64,000 nt of DNA from Mytilus trossulus (GCF_036588685.1 NC_086373.1:41664001-41728000), one strand, 5' to 3'. Positions 39,892 to 53,585 are shown, numbered from the stretch's first letter. The notes: generated from the sequence alone by a model not told the origin. Numbers and translations: made by a program.

Positions 39892-42477
39892 TTGTAAGAT
39901 ATCAAAATATTTTGATTCATATTTTTTTTGATTTTTTTTTTGGTCTTAAATGACTTTTTTATCAGTTTAAATCTTTCAATGAAACTAATTAAATCGACTG
40001 AATAATCTTTCATCAGATGAACCTGTGGTTTGAGGCAAAAATTGGTCCTTATCGGACCTACTCCTTTGTAAACAAAATAAGGCATGCGTTTCGTTTACAA
40101 AGACTCATGTAAACATCAGACATTCCGACAGACAGCATTCAGAGAGGTCAAACTTATAAGTTGTATTATAATACAAGCACTCAGTAATGGCAAAGTATTA
40201 TGTATAGGGAAACATTAGTAAAATTCGAAATATTTGTAACCCTCACTGTGCAATTTGTGTTGCCATACACACTTTTGATTTTAATCATTACGGCATGCTA
40301 AGAAGGTCTAGTGCATACGGAATCCGTATGAGAGTTTTATATACCACTACTTAGGTTTTAAAGCTAAAATATACTACTGATATAGTATATGTTTCCTAGA
40401 AGAGAAACACATATGTGACCGCTTTTTTTTTATTCAAACCTGGATTCCTTTGATAAGGAACATTGGTGAACAAGGACATTACTAAGCTCACTTACTTCAT
40501 GGACAGATTTATTCGAACTAAAATATGATTGGATTAAAATCATCCAGAAGATAACAGATGAACAGCAAACTTGCATCTTCCAAACACTCAATGGCGCCGG
40601 CCCATTTTTTATGACTTGTCATCAATCAAAGTGATGGATATCACTCATGGAAAGATTAGAACAGTAGTTTGAATTATTTCATATTCAGGTATGGTGGGGA
40701 AAAATGAACATTTATAAAACACTATTGCTGAAAATTGCATTTACAGCAGGTCTTTAGAAGGAAACTTGCTTTTCCAGTATGTGAATAAAGGTGCTCAAAT
40801 TAAATTATATGGGTCTCTAAATTTGCACAATTTTATTTAAACTGCAGTTTATATCTAATCAAAATTATGTTGCAGGTTCTGAACATGTTTCAAAAAAACA
40901 AAAAATGCAAAAATTCTTCTAGTAAATGTTACCAAATAGCCTTGTAAGACATAAATTTAGACCAACAGCTAAAAGCTTTAAAGTGCCAACAAAAATAATC
41001 TAAAAAATGTTGTTTTGGGGCATTTTGTAAGTTGAAACAGAGGTTATATGGCATTGAAAATTAAAAGTTTTAGAGTGCCTTTTGATCAAATTTTAATGTA
41101 TTTTTCAACACAGGGCATTTTCAATTCTATTTTTCAACGTAAACTAATTAAAAAACTAATGTTATTGAAATGTGGATTCTTTCTTGATTGCAAAAATATA
41201 TATTTACTTCTAATAAAAATTAAAATGACTAAAATAGACATAATGATTGATGGGAAATAAACTAATAAACAATGTTTTTTTATAATTAAAAGTTTATAAA
41301 TTTTAAAACTGTTTCAAGCCAATTCCTGATAAACTAGTGAACTAATCTAAATTGTTGATTAATTACAGATGATTATTGGAAATTTATCAAGTACATTATA
41401 GGCCATACTTGAATACCTTTTAAATATTCATATTTATATTCATATTTCATTTTTTTAAGATCTTGCTAATCCATTAATCATTTATCTTTCAGATATAATT
41501 TACAGAATTACTTTATGTAATGTAGATCAAAAGTAATTGGCAATAAATAAATCTATCATCCTTATAAATATCAAAGAAATAATACACACATTTGTGTAAT
41601 CAATTATGATTTTAAATACTTGTGTATTAAGAATTAGATGCATATTGGAGTGGTCTACAATTATGTAAGACTGATGTAGATAGGTAATGTGGTCAATTTG
41701 ATTGGCATTTTAGGAGGTGGGGCATTGTAATTAAAAGTCCACCTTGTCTCTGATTGTTTAGTGATAATGACAGTGGTCAATCATACTAGTTGAATCAATA
41801 CCCACTTACCTAATCAAAATGTTTTTAAAAAAGCCTGCACATCAACACACATAATGACATACATTCTTGAATGAACTGCTCCAATAATATACCCAGTTTT
41901 TTCAGTTTATTTGTGTATTATGTGCACATACATGAGAACTATAGGGAACTATATTTTAGTGTGAATACATTTATTAACAGTAGCTAACCTGTCCTGTTGT
42001 TAGGGTGGGCGGTGCCTAAGTAAAGATTTAGAACAAGTTCTAATCTTTCAAAAAACTGGAATAAATGGATATTTACATGTCTGAAACACGACGTCTAAAC
42101 ACAGAAAAGTTGCAAACGTTCGTGTATTACTTTAATGCAAAGCAGGATATGCTTACCATTTCCTTCACATTTGAGGTCATCCGAATATTAGCTGGGTGAC
42201 AGTGTATGCCTTTCGTGTGTGTTAGTGTAAATTTTTGTTATTAAACATTGTTTGTTTAGAATTGTAGTTCAATGATTGCCTCAACTAATCTGTATTTCTT
42301 TTTACCGGTAATCAATTGTGTTGTAACGTTTGATTGGTCGTAGGTTTTGTCTTCTTTTATACAAAAAGGTCCTTGGTTTCATCATAAAAAAATCAACAGT
42401 GACCACTGTAGACAACAATGTTTTTTTTTAAGTTAGTGCAAAATCTTAAGTAATTGCAAAATCGAACTATTTTAATC

Positions 42478-42552
42478 AGAGCGTCACTGATGAGTCTTAT
42501 CTAGACGAAACGTGCGTCTGTTGTATTAAATAATAATCATGGTACCTTTGGT
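42478..42552 (+). mobile_element. Retrozyme fragment with hammerhead core
   Basis: GCGTCACTGATGAGTCTTATCTAGACGAAACGTGCGTC; 3' strand of stem I degenerate. Confidence 0.75.
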
Positions 42553-43120
42553 AGCAATTTACTGGTAGCGCGAAGAGCAAATCCATTACTTAATGAAATT
42601 GGAACATAAAATTCAAAAACGTTGCTTCAAATTTGGCATGTTTGGCGGGACCTATAGTTGTTAATTTCTGTGTCATTTATTCTAATTAGCAATTATACCA
42701 GATTTTTTTTTTATAACATTCTAAATATTCAGTTATCTTTGTGTAGAACATCTTTAGTTTATTTTGAAACACGATAATAATTTGTTCGTTGAATTGTTGA
42801 GAAAATGTTGCTGGGTATTGTGTAAGTATGAGTTTCCATGTGTTTAGTCTGGTAGTCTGGTGTCACTAAACTATTTATCACATACAACACATATGCGAGG
42901 TTGTTTTCTCTAGTATGAGTTCTCATGTGTCTTTCATATAGTTTCTTGTGTTTACCACATACATTACGTGTGCGAGGTGTCACTTAATTGTCTACCACAT
43001 ACAACACGTATGCAAGGTTTTTACAAGTATGAGTTCACATGTGTCTATCATAGAAGTCTGGTGTCACTAAACTGTTTACCACATACATCACATGTGCGAG
43101 GTTTTCACTAGTATGTGTTA

Positions 43121-44689
43121 TCATGTGTTTATTATAGTGTCTGGTGTCTCTAAACTGTCTACCACATACACAGCATTGGTAAGATATTCACCTGCATGAG
43201 TCAGTTTCATGTGTAAAAGACAGGTACTATTGAGGCTAAACTCTTTCCCACAAACACTACATTTATAAGGTTTCTCATTTGTTAGAGTATTATGAGTACA
43301 ACTTTGAGTTTTCATGTGTATACGGACGGTGCTCTTGTCCCTAAACCCTTTTCCACATACATCACATGTGTAAGGTTTTTCATCTGTATGAGTTATCATG
43401 TGTATATGAAGGGATCTGATACTTCTAAAACCTTTACCACATACATCACATTTGTAAGGTGTTTCACCTGTATGTATTCTAATGTGTGTGATTAAATCCT
43501 GATTTGATTTAAACCCTTTACCACATGCATCACAAATGTAAGGTCTGTGTTGCTCACCAGTATGAGTTCTCATGTGTCTAAGACATGAACTGTTCTTGCC
43601 AAACTCCTTACCACATACATCGCATTTGTAAGGCTTATCTCCTGTATGAGTTCTCATGTGTCTAAGAAAAGAACTATTGTTGCCAAACTCTTTACCACAC
43701 ACATCGCATTGGTAAGGTTTATCACAAGTTTGAATTTTCGTGTGTGTATCAAAGTTACATTTGTCGCTTAATCCTTTATCACACGCTTCTCTGGTATTCA
43801 GATTTTCATCAGTATGAGTTTTCATGTGTCTATTATGGGAAGTGATGTCACTAAACCCTTTTTCACATACATCACATTTGTAAAATTCGTCACCAGTATG
43901 AGTTCGCATGTGTTTGTGGAAATCACTGTTGTTGTCAAATTCTCTACCACATATATCACATGTGTAACGTTTATTATATTTATAACCAGTATGAATTGTC
44001 ATGTGTTTATTGCAGTCACTTTTTCTACCAAAATGTTTACCACAAACATCACATGTGTAAGGTTTTTCACCGGTATGCATTCTTGTGTGTGCCGTTAAGG
44101 AACTGCAGATATTGAACCCTTTACCACATACATCACATATGAAAGGTTTTACACTAGTATGAGTTTTTGTATGTTTCTTATATGATTTATAGTAACCAAA
44201 TCCTTTACCACAAAAATCACATGTGTAAGGTTTTTCACGCTTATCACCTGTGTGAATTCTCATGTGTCTTATCAAGTTACTTTTGTGATTAAACCTTTGA
44301 CCACATAATTCACATGTTGTGTTACGTTTTTCATCAGTATGATTTCTTTTATGTTTTGTACAGTTTCTGGAGTTAGTAAACCCTTGACCACATACATCAC
44401 ATGTATAAAGCTTATTACCAGTATGAGTTTGTGTGTGTTTTGTTAAGGTTTTATCGAACCTAAAACTTTTACCACACACATCACATTTATAAGGTTTATC
44501 CTGTTTATCAACACTATGAATAATCATGTGTTGAAGGAAGCCTTTTTTGTCACTAAATCCTTTAACACACACATCACATGTGTAAGGTTTATCAGCAGTA
44601 TGGGTCCTTGTATGTATCGTATGAGATCTGAAGTTACTGACATCTATACCACAGACATCACATGTGTAAGTTTTTTCACCCGTATCCAT
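43121..44689 (-). CDS. Poly-C2H2 zinc-finger protein (~15 canonical + 2 degenerate fingers), copy A, 522 aa
   Basis: Repeated CxxC-x12-HxxxH with TGEKPY-type linkers; splice acceptor TTTTCAG at 44763; no effector domain visible. Confidence 0.85.
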   Translation of the reverse strand: MDTGEKTYTCDVCGIDVSNFRSHTIHTRTHTADKPYTCDVCVKGFSDKKGFLQHMIIHSVDKQDKPYKCDVCGKSFRFDKTLTKHTQTHTGNKLYTCDVCGQGFTNSRNCTKHKRNHTDEKRNTTCELCGQRFNHKSNLIRHMRIHTGDKREKPYTCDFCGKGFGYYKSYKKHTKTHTSVKPFICDVCGKGFNICSSLTAHTRMHTGEKPYTCDVCGKHFGRKSDCNKHMTIHTGYKYNKRYTCDICGREFDNNSDFHKHMRTHTGDEFYKCDVCEKGFSDITSHNRHMKTHTDENLNTREACDKGLSDKCNFDTHTKIQTCDKPYQCDVCGKEFGNNSSFLRHMRTHTGDKPYKCDVCGKEFGKNSSCLRHMRTHTGEQHRPYICDACGKGFKSNQDLITHIRIHTGETPYKCDVCGKGFRSIRSLHIHMITHTDEKPYTCDVCGKGFRDKSTVRIHMKTQSCTHNTLTNEKPYKCSVCGKEFSLNSTCLLHMKLTHAGEYLTNAVYVVDSLETPDTIINT

Positions 44690-45139
44690 TCTGAAGAGTG
44701 ATTTTTTTTTAATTGGCGTGTACGTCTTACAGACTGGTCATGTATCACATAAATGTAGATATCTGAAAACACGAAAAAATATCATTTTAACTGCAGTTAA
44801 AACAGATAAACAGAATAAACGTGTATACAAATATAAACTGCAACTGCCTGCGTTTATTTCATAAATAGAGTAACATAGCTATATTTTGTATAATGTCAGT
44901 AGCATGGGTTCGAATGAACAAAAAATTTGCGAAAGCAAATTTACAGATCTAACATTGTTGGGTTGATGTTTAGACGAGTTATATATATATATATATATAT
45001 GCAATATGCAAACATATTAAAACATAGATAGGACTAGTGATTCCGATATCGCTGATCTGTATTATCGACAATTTGTATGTATTTTTACTTTTATTGTACC
45101 GCCCTTGCGTTCCATACATTTATATAAAAGAGCCACGAC

Positions 45140-46230
45140 CACAGGTATTTGGGGAATGGACCCCCTTCTTTTTTGGACCTCACTAAAATAAAATTTTGGC
45201 GGTTTTTTTATTCATTTACAATCTTCTACAATGTATAAACATATATCAAGTCTCAACAATCCATTGCTAGTCGATTACAATAATTTTTTACTATCCATAC
45301 GAGCCCCAAGTGAAAAAAGAAGAAGGTAATTACCTTTGATGAATGACCTACTTTCACTTTGGAGGATCAGGTCAGGAAATCGATAAAAAAATCATATAAA
45401 AACTCACTTACTTTTCATATAAATTACATCCCTAGATTCCTGAGACATTTTTCTCCACGTTTAAATAGGTCACATGGTGATCTGCGGAGGTTTTGTGTTG
45501 TTTTCTGAGTTTGTTCTACAATTGTCGTCCGTTTGAACCTCAATTCACGGAAGTGAAAATACAGCGACATCTGTGTGGTCTTTTGCTATGTTGAAATAAC
45601 TCCGTTTGACTAAACTGTTCCCTGTTAACTGTTTTTTCTTTAATTTGTAAAAGACCGGCAAAACTACTTTTTTCGAATATCTCTTACCTTTTCTTATAGC
45701 TACATTGCATTCGGAACCCATCTATAAAACTGGTAAACAAAAAAAGGGAACAGTTTAGTCATACGGAGTTATTTCAACATAGCAAAAGACCACACAGATG
45801 TCGCTGTATTTTCACTTCCGTGAATCGAGGTTCAAACGGACGACAATTGTAGAACAAACTCAGAAAACAAGACACAAAACCTCCGCAGATCACCATGTGA
45901 CCTATTTAAACGTGGAGAAAAATGTCTCAGGAATCTAGGGATGTAATTTATATGAAAAGTAAGTGAGTTTTTATATGATTTTTTTATCGATTTCCTGACC
46001 TGATCCTCCAAAGTGAAAGTAGGTCATTCATCGAAGGTAATTACCTTCTTCTTTTTTCACTTGGGACTCGTATGGATAGTAAAAAAATTATTGTAATCGA
46101 CTAGCAATGGATTGTTGAGACTTGATATATGTTTATACATTGTAGAAAATTGTAAATGAATAAAAAAACACCAAAATTTTATTTTAGTGAGGTCCAAAAA
46201 AAAGGGGGGTCCATTCCCCAAATACCTGTG
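45140..46230. mobile_element. Foldback element, ~485-bp inverted arms, 8-bp TSD
   Basis: TSD GCCACGAC (45132-45139, 46231-46238); arms 45140-45623 and 45745-46230; empty site at ~57563. Confidence 0.9.
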
Positions 46231-47734
46231 GCCACGACATATCCCAGGTAACACGCATATTTATGACATTTATTGAGTATTCTTGCTTTAATTATAGCCT
46301 GGGTGTCTATATTGACACCGATAGAAATAATATAATATCTTAACATTATTGACTTACACATTTACTTGTTTCATGTAGAGATTGATATAATTAGCAATTT
46401 TTCGAACGAGTTCACAACTTGTCCTTCTATTGGTATCAAAGGCCGATAACCACAAATTTTATACCTATGGAACGTCTAAGAAATAAAACCGAAAATCATA
46501 AAAATTCCATTTTGCGTCGCAGTTATTTTGTCCATAGCAGATAAGATTGAAAAATGATGAAACAATCTAATCATCAAGAAACAAATATTTTTTATCAATG
46601 TTTTCAGTTGTCAACTGGATTTTGAACCTCCGTTCGACAGATGTTGCATGTACAGTATACACATGGATCGACATTTATAGAAAGGTTGACTTTATTAAAT
46701 AGTTTAAGCCTTGACCACTTTCATTATTTGGAAATAAAAATAGGTAATTGTTGATGAAAGTTCTATCGATTTTTTAGAGATTTGATACAGAAAAATGTAT
46801 CAAAATGACGTATTTTGTTTATGAATTTGATATACCGTGGCCATGATATATTTCGATAAAAAAAAATAACAATAGGATATATACATTCAAAACCAATGTT
46901 ATGTCAATTTACCAAAATTAGGAAGACTTAATTTAAATACACATACGAGATATCATGTGTCATAATAAAATTATATCTCGGTGAGCAATTTAAAACTATT
47001 AGAGTTTTTATAAAAAATTCTTTAACAACTTAGGTTATCATGGTTATCTCTAGGAAATGTCCAATATTCTTGAACCTGTCACAGTGTTGATCAGAGTTGC
47101 ATTTATATAACGTACGATTAGTCATTAAAGTTCAAATAGCAGTGAAATACTGAACTATGATCCCTTACACTGTAAAAACAGCGTTTAGATGTTAAACGGA
47201 TCTAAAACATGTTTAGGTCTAAACGTGTTTAGGAAAGCGTTTAGGATGAATCCCATCTAAACGGATATTTATCTAAACACATAAAACCCTAAACGTGTTT
47301 AGAATTTAAACGTGTTGCAGGGTTATTATCAGTGAATGATATCATTAAGCTAAACATTAAATGGCATCTAAACACTTCTGAAACACTTTCCTAAACACCT
47401 AAACACTTTATAATATTTCAGTACTGGTTTCACCTCAAGTTGCGATGTTTCTACATATTCAAACATATTCTGTGAAACTATGATATCTTAGATGTCTTGA
47501 AATTAACATTATTTTCAAACTTCAGTCCAACGTATGCGGAGCTTCTTTCTTAATGAGAACAAATCATATCATCTTCCCCAAATGAGTTTCCCTTTTTTGT
47601 GTTGTAAGATTATACAATTACTTTCAATTATTTTCTTATAAGTTAAGCAATTAACTGTTTATACCAGAGACATATTATATAAAAAAATCTTTTATAGTAT
47701 GTGAGTGTATTTCTCTAATTTCCGGAGTCGTTGT

Positions 47735-48202
47735 GGTGTCATACCACCAATTAAAAGTCCCTATCTGTTCAACCAAATTTTGCAAATTTCACAGCTTTCT
47801 AAATATTTTACCTTAAGTTTAACTTCATAGAAACTAGGTATATCCTGAATCGTACAGATGTCACCTTTCTGCATGCAAAATTTCAGCATACATTCAAAAT
47901 CATATAAGAAAGAAGAGAGCTTCCGAAAGGAGGTACCCCTAAAAATAACCCCTGGTTTTCGGAAATCTTAAATTAGTATACTATGGAGCGCATTAATCCT
48001 CAATTTTTAATGAAAACTCATTGACAGGTAAATTTTGGCTCAAAATGGTCTTAATATATTTCTCTTTTGACAAAAGTTTCATTTCTGTAAATTTGTTGGT
48101 TAGTTTAGGTGAACGATGACATCAAATGCACTATTTTTTGTCCGAGTAGACCTATTTTCACATACGTTCTAAATTTGAAGGAGTAATTGGTGGTATGACA
48201 CC
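47735..48202. mobile_element. Nested MITE, 19-bp perfect TIR, TSD TTGT
   Basis: TTGT-GGTGTCATACCACCAATTA...TAATTGGTGGTATGACACC-TTGT. Confidence 0.85.
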
Positions 48203-48797
48203 TTGTCCGAATGTGGTCTTATATTAATTAACGAACAGAGTTATCTATCGTTGTAATTTGATACGGACGCCTTCGGACCCGCCAAAGACAAACAACATTT
48301 AAAACAATGGATCATATCTATCAAGCATATATATATATCTTTTGACGATGCAACAGATACAGAACTTCATATTAGAATATTGACGGAATCAAAAGCCATC
48401 TTAACAGTTATTTTAGCAGCGGAAGGTAAGCCATATCCAGATTTCGTAAAAAGGGGGAGGGGCACAAACCATAATTTAACAGACTAATTAAAGGAATATG
48501 TGCGTTAAACTGTTAACCTATGCTATTTCAAGTCCACTATTGTGGTATGAATCATATAATATACACACATACTCAGTCGCAAGGACCAAGCATAAAATAA
48601 GAATGAGCTAGTTCGGAAATTTAAAATGAGATTGAATAGTCTAAACTGTGACTGTACACAGGAACATATATGTTAGATATACTGTTCCCTGCTTTACACA
48701 ATGTCATAAAAGCATAGTTTCAAGTATTCTATCTTTGCAAGGAATAATTTCCCAATGGCTTATACTGCAACATCCTTTACACAAAGTAACACTGAAA

Positions 48798-48856
48798 CTG
48801 AGACTACTATAACACATGTTATAGGACTACTATAACACATGTTATAGTAGTCTCAG
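48798..48856. mobile_element. 59-bp hairpin mini-element with 7-bp TSD
   Basis: ACTGAAA-CTGAGACTACTATAAC...GTTATAGTAGTCTCAG-ACTGAAA. Confidence 0.7.
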
Positions 48857-51771
48857 ACTGAAATTATAGTTTCACTTCACCTTGTCAAAGAAAAACAAAG
48901 AATACCAAAAGGACATTCAAACTCATTACTTGAAAATAAACTGACCACGTCATGGCTAAAAAGTTGAAAATAAACTGAAATTCAAACTCCAATGTCAAAA
49001 ATAAAGTGTCAAGTTGTTCTTTTTTATTTAAACCTATTATAATTATTTGTATGTATGCATTTATAGGACTGTGACACTGAAGTGGGAATGAAATTTTAAG
49101 AGCTAGAATAAATCCATACCATAGATCAAATTGAAGAACAGATTAGGAAGAGAGGAAAGGATGACTTAATTTCAAGAGCAGATGTAAGTAAAAATATTAG
49201 AGTATATTATTAAGTTGCCAACAGAACTATAATATGATTGAAATAGTTATCAAGGGTACCAGGATAATAATTTAGTTTTGAAAAATGGAGGTTAAATCAT
49301 TCTCTTATATTTATCCTGTTGAATAGGTAAAAAATGGTCAATTTAAAAAAAAAATATTCATAATATTACTATTAGGATAGAATAGGAAAAACAGGCTGCA
49401 GTTCTCAGAAATCAAGGATTTTGTTTTATAATATAAAAAAAAACTTGCATGCTTGTTTGCTCTATATATTGTTCCCTTTGATTTATTTGTCTTTTGATGT
49501 ATACATTTGTACAAGGTGAAAAGTATTGTCTTTTTAACTACAATTTGTATTTTTCTTTTGTAAAAATCTTTTTCAAGAAGCTTGTTTAATGTTTTTTAAT
49601 AAACATGATCTAAGAATAAGTGACTGTTGCATACAATTGTACATGAAGGTTTAATTTTTTCATTTCAGGATACAAAAGTTCACCTGACAACTGAAAAGAA
49701 ACTGCACACCAAGAGCCTTTATCATTCAAAAGAAGATTGTTCCGCAATGAAAAATTCCTGTATGATAGGAGATGGACTAACAATTTCTATTTGTTGAGGA
49801 TAAAAATCATAAAATTTTATAATTGTATTTTTTGTTTGCTTTAGTGAGACTTAGAAAAATAAATTATTGAACTAATTTGAATAGATTGTATGTTATGTTT
49901 AACTAAGACTGGATCAGAAAAAAACAAAAGAACCAGACTCTAAGTTGTATAAAAGGTGGAAGGTCCATAAAACGTTAAAAAAATCAAACACTTGACTACA
50001 TAAACAATCAAAAGGAACGGGAAAAAAAGTCATATTCCTGACTTGGTACAGGCTTTTCCTTTATAAATAATGGAGGATTAAACTTTGTCTAATTGTTTAC
50101 AGACTTTTCAAAACTTGGTCCAATTGTTTACAGACTTTACTGAACTTGGTCGTATTGTTTACAAACTTTTCTTTGGTCTCCAGGAAAAATAAAATATGTA
50201 AACCTATTATTGTTAATATTATTATTATCATTACTGAAGTTTTCCAGCTTTAATATACTATATAGACAAGTCAAAATGTTTTATGATGGTAAAAATCATT
50301 GCAAGAACATGAAAGCAGAAATATTCACGTGTATTATATATTCTACAATACAGTGTGGACTAATCAACCTGTAGTGCTGTACCACACAAGTAGTTCCTGT
50401 GAAATCAAAGTACTAGTAGGTTTACCGTTGGAAGGTCTAAACACAATATATTTCTAAACATATAACATCTAAACACTTGTTAAAATCTAAACATGTTTAG
50501 ATGCTAAACGCGTTTCAAAACGTACACAGAAAAAGTGTTTAGATAGGTGTTTAGGATCTAAATACTGTTTTTGTAATACATAAACCGAGTGGTCGCTGCC
50601 CTTCCCTTTTAATTTCTATTTTACTCCAAACTGATCGTGTCGTAGATTTATCTATAAGTCAAATATACATACATATATATACTATTAATGACAACAATAG
50701 AGCAGTATGCAGAAAGTCTATAATTATTATGTATGCATGGTACATTTTTAGGCAGCTAAGCTGTCTTATGCGAGCACCCTTGTGTTCTACCCAATTAAAT
50801 GCTGAAATATGTGCCATAATGATTGTTATTATCTAGCATGATCATGTTATGTTATTTATAACTAATTGGACAGCTTTTTCATACTTTTAATTCTTGATTA
50901 CAAAAAATATGACCAGAAAAACCTTAAATGATCGTCGATTTATCCCAAAGTTTTGAAGTTGCACATAGGAAGAAGGGCACATTAGGAATCTTTATGTAGT
51001 TTATTATCCCCTGAGATTTTGGCTAAGCTGTCAAAGAACAAATGTATGAAATGTTTAATCGCCGAAAATCTCTAAAGACGAGTAGTTAAGATTTCCAAAA
51101 TGGCAAAAGTCGTAGGAATATTGTTCGTCGTCAACTGCGTCAGTAGTCTTAAAATAAGTTCCACTGTTCATCATGTTCATGCTGTTGGCGGCAATTTTAA
51201 CTTATTAGACGACATTTTTGTATCTTTTCAATTTGGTGGCAGGGGTTCAAATTAGCGGTTGTCCGAGGTCTGCGACCTTCCACTTTTGCAGTCGGACTTT
51301 CGACTTGGTAAATAGCTACGCTCGACATGCCCGACTTTAGAGGAAATAAAAAAAAAACTTTGCAAATCTTTTTACAAGTCTCCTAAAAAACGATCTCAAA
51401 ACTTTTGTTTTGCATAATTATTCATGACAGCGACGTTCATTTGGTTCAACCGCTAGTTTTATACAGAAAATCGCCGACAAATAATGTGTAAATTCGAGTA
51501 AAATCGTATCTGACTTGAACCTTTAGTGAAATTGTAAGGGGGGCCCAACAAATCAGTAGGGTAAAATTAGGATTGTTACAACAGTTTTCGCCCTTCGTTT
51601 AACGTTAGACAGAAAATGTATCCGCAAAACAACGTTTCCAATACGTACCAGTAATTTGTTTACTCGACTGTGACCAATTAATATACACGTCAATTGAATT
51701 GCATAATGATCATTCTAACTAGTTCATCGAAACTAAAATGACATCACGACAGGAATCTATTGAAAAACGCC

Positions 51772-52134
51772 CATATATCATCTGGCAGCAGAATTATAAC
51801 ATCTGACCTGAGAAGAAATTATGATATCTCTCGCAGTTCTTATTTGGAAACCATAGGTAGTGGCCGTGGAGTGTCTTGTTATTTCGGTTTTTATATTCTA
51901 GACGCATTCAGCTCTGGACGAGGTGTGCGTGTTGAACTAGACACTGTTTCTGCCAGACGTAGTGTATCAGGTCGTACTTCTGGTTCAGGACTCGTTTCTC
52001 GGTCAGTATTAGATGGTAAAACTGATTGCAAAAATGACTGTTTTAGTGATGGAGATTGTCTAACGATTAAAAATTGTGCTTCTCTTAATTGTCACATGAT
52101 TTTTAGAAGAAGACCGTCTAATTGCACAGGATGA
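51772..52134 (+). pseudogene. 3' fragment of a copy-2-type gene (copy 5)
   Basis: Homology starts abruptly at HISSGSRI. The last Cys is lost (HMIF). No signal exon or acceptor nearby. Similarity to the copy 2 3' flank continues to ~52310. Confidence 0.85.
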
Positions 52135-53417
52135 AAAGCCTTTCTCCGAAATCCAGACTTTGAAATCTTATTTATATCTTTTATACAATAAAATTTTGCA
52201 ATCATTTTGTGTTACTAGTGAGAATTTCGTAAATACATCATAAAATATTGATAATTCAGGCTGAAAAACAAACTTTTAAGTAATCAGAAAAAAATGCAAC
52301 AACAAACAGACATATTCCCGTTTGAATGCTTTTATACTAGTAAATTTGGGGCCCTATATAGCTTGTTGTTTGGTGTGAGCCAAGGCTTCGTGTTGAAGGC
52401 GGTACATTGACATATAATGGTTTGCTTTGATAAATTGTTATTTGGATGGAGAGTTGTCTCATTGGCACTCATACCACATCTTCATATATATATATAAAAA
52501 CGTAAACATAAAATAACTACTAGCAAAAAAAATAAAGAAAAATAGAAAGTTAAATGGCAAGCAAAACCTCCTGCTTATATAACCTCGTTTCCGTCTAAAA
52601 TTGAAGTGACCGCAATTGTGTTCAGTCTTAATATTTGAATGTAAGTAGTATTTGATGATGGTTGCTAGTGAACACGGATGCGGCTACTTTCATTTTTGAC
52701 AAAACCATATAAAAGTGACATATTACATGTATTTTGTCATATTTGATAAATTTGACATATTTAAGCTTGGATTTGATCGTCTTAAATGACTACATCAGTT
52801 TAAATCTTTCAATTAATTAATTTAATCGACTGAAGAATCCATAATCCTTAATCTTTCATCAGATGAACCTGTAGTTTGAGGCCAACATTGTAAAGAAAGA
52901 CTCGCTCATGTTACCATCAGACATTCCGACAAAAAAAGAATTCAGAGAGTTCAAACTAATTATCATTTTGATACAGGCACTCATTAATGGCAAAGGATTA
53001 TGAACAGGGAAACATTTATATAATTGGCCATATTTTTAACACTCACTGTGCAATTTGTGTTGCCATACACACTTTTAATTTTAATCATTATGACACATAT
53101 GTCAGCGCTTTTTATTCAAACCACTATTCCCTTGATAAGGAACATTGGTGAACAAGGATGTTACTAAGCTCACATCCTTCAATGAAGTTCATGAAGTCAA
53201 TGAAATTCATAGCGAAATTATTTTATATTTATAAAAGAAGACCTCGAATGGTTATTAATTACCGAGGTGAAATAAATATAATTTTCAATTTTCTTTAAAT
53301 AATTCATCTAGGTAACCAGTAAATTTTACATAATCCTATCTGAACCAGTAACATGCAGAGTTATCGAACGTTATAATGACTGTAATAGTTGCATATGTAT
53401 ATTTTTGGTATTATATA

Positions 53418-53585
53418 AACTCATCATAGATACCATAAACTTTATATATACGCCAGACGCGCGTTTCGTCTACAAAAGAATCATCAGTGACGCTCGAATC
53501 AACATATGTTAACAGGCCAAATAAAGTACGAATTTAGTTGAAGACCATTGAGGAACAACAATTCATAAATGTTTTGCAAAATACA
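53418..53585 (-). mobile_element. Retrozyme fragment (variant subfamily) with hammerhead
   Basis: Minus strand GCGTCACTGATGATTCTTTTGTAGACGAAACGCGCGTCTGGCG at ~53450-53493; first stem II pair broken. Confidence 0.75.

Larger units (their letters stand above)
47168..50573. mobile_element. 3.4-kb CACTG-ended element (CMC/EnSpm-like), TA TSD
   Basis: Empty site CCCTTAATACAT at ~58491; left end CACTGTAAAAACAG, right end CTGTTTTTG (5 nt missing); CTAAACAC/GTGTTTAG subterminal repeats. Confidence 0.8.

Noticed and set aside
40010-40030. CTGATGA on the minus strand (also ~52855)
   Set aside because: No stem II, GAAA or NUH arrangement; not a hammerhead.
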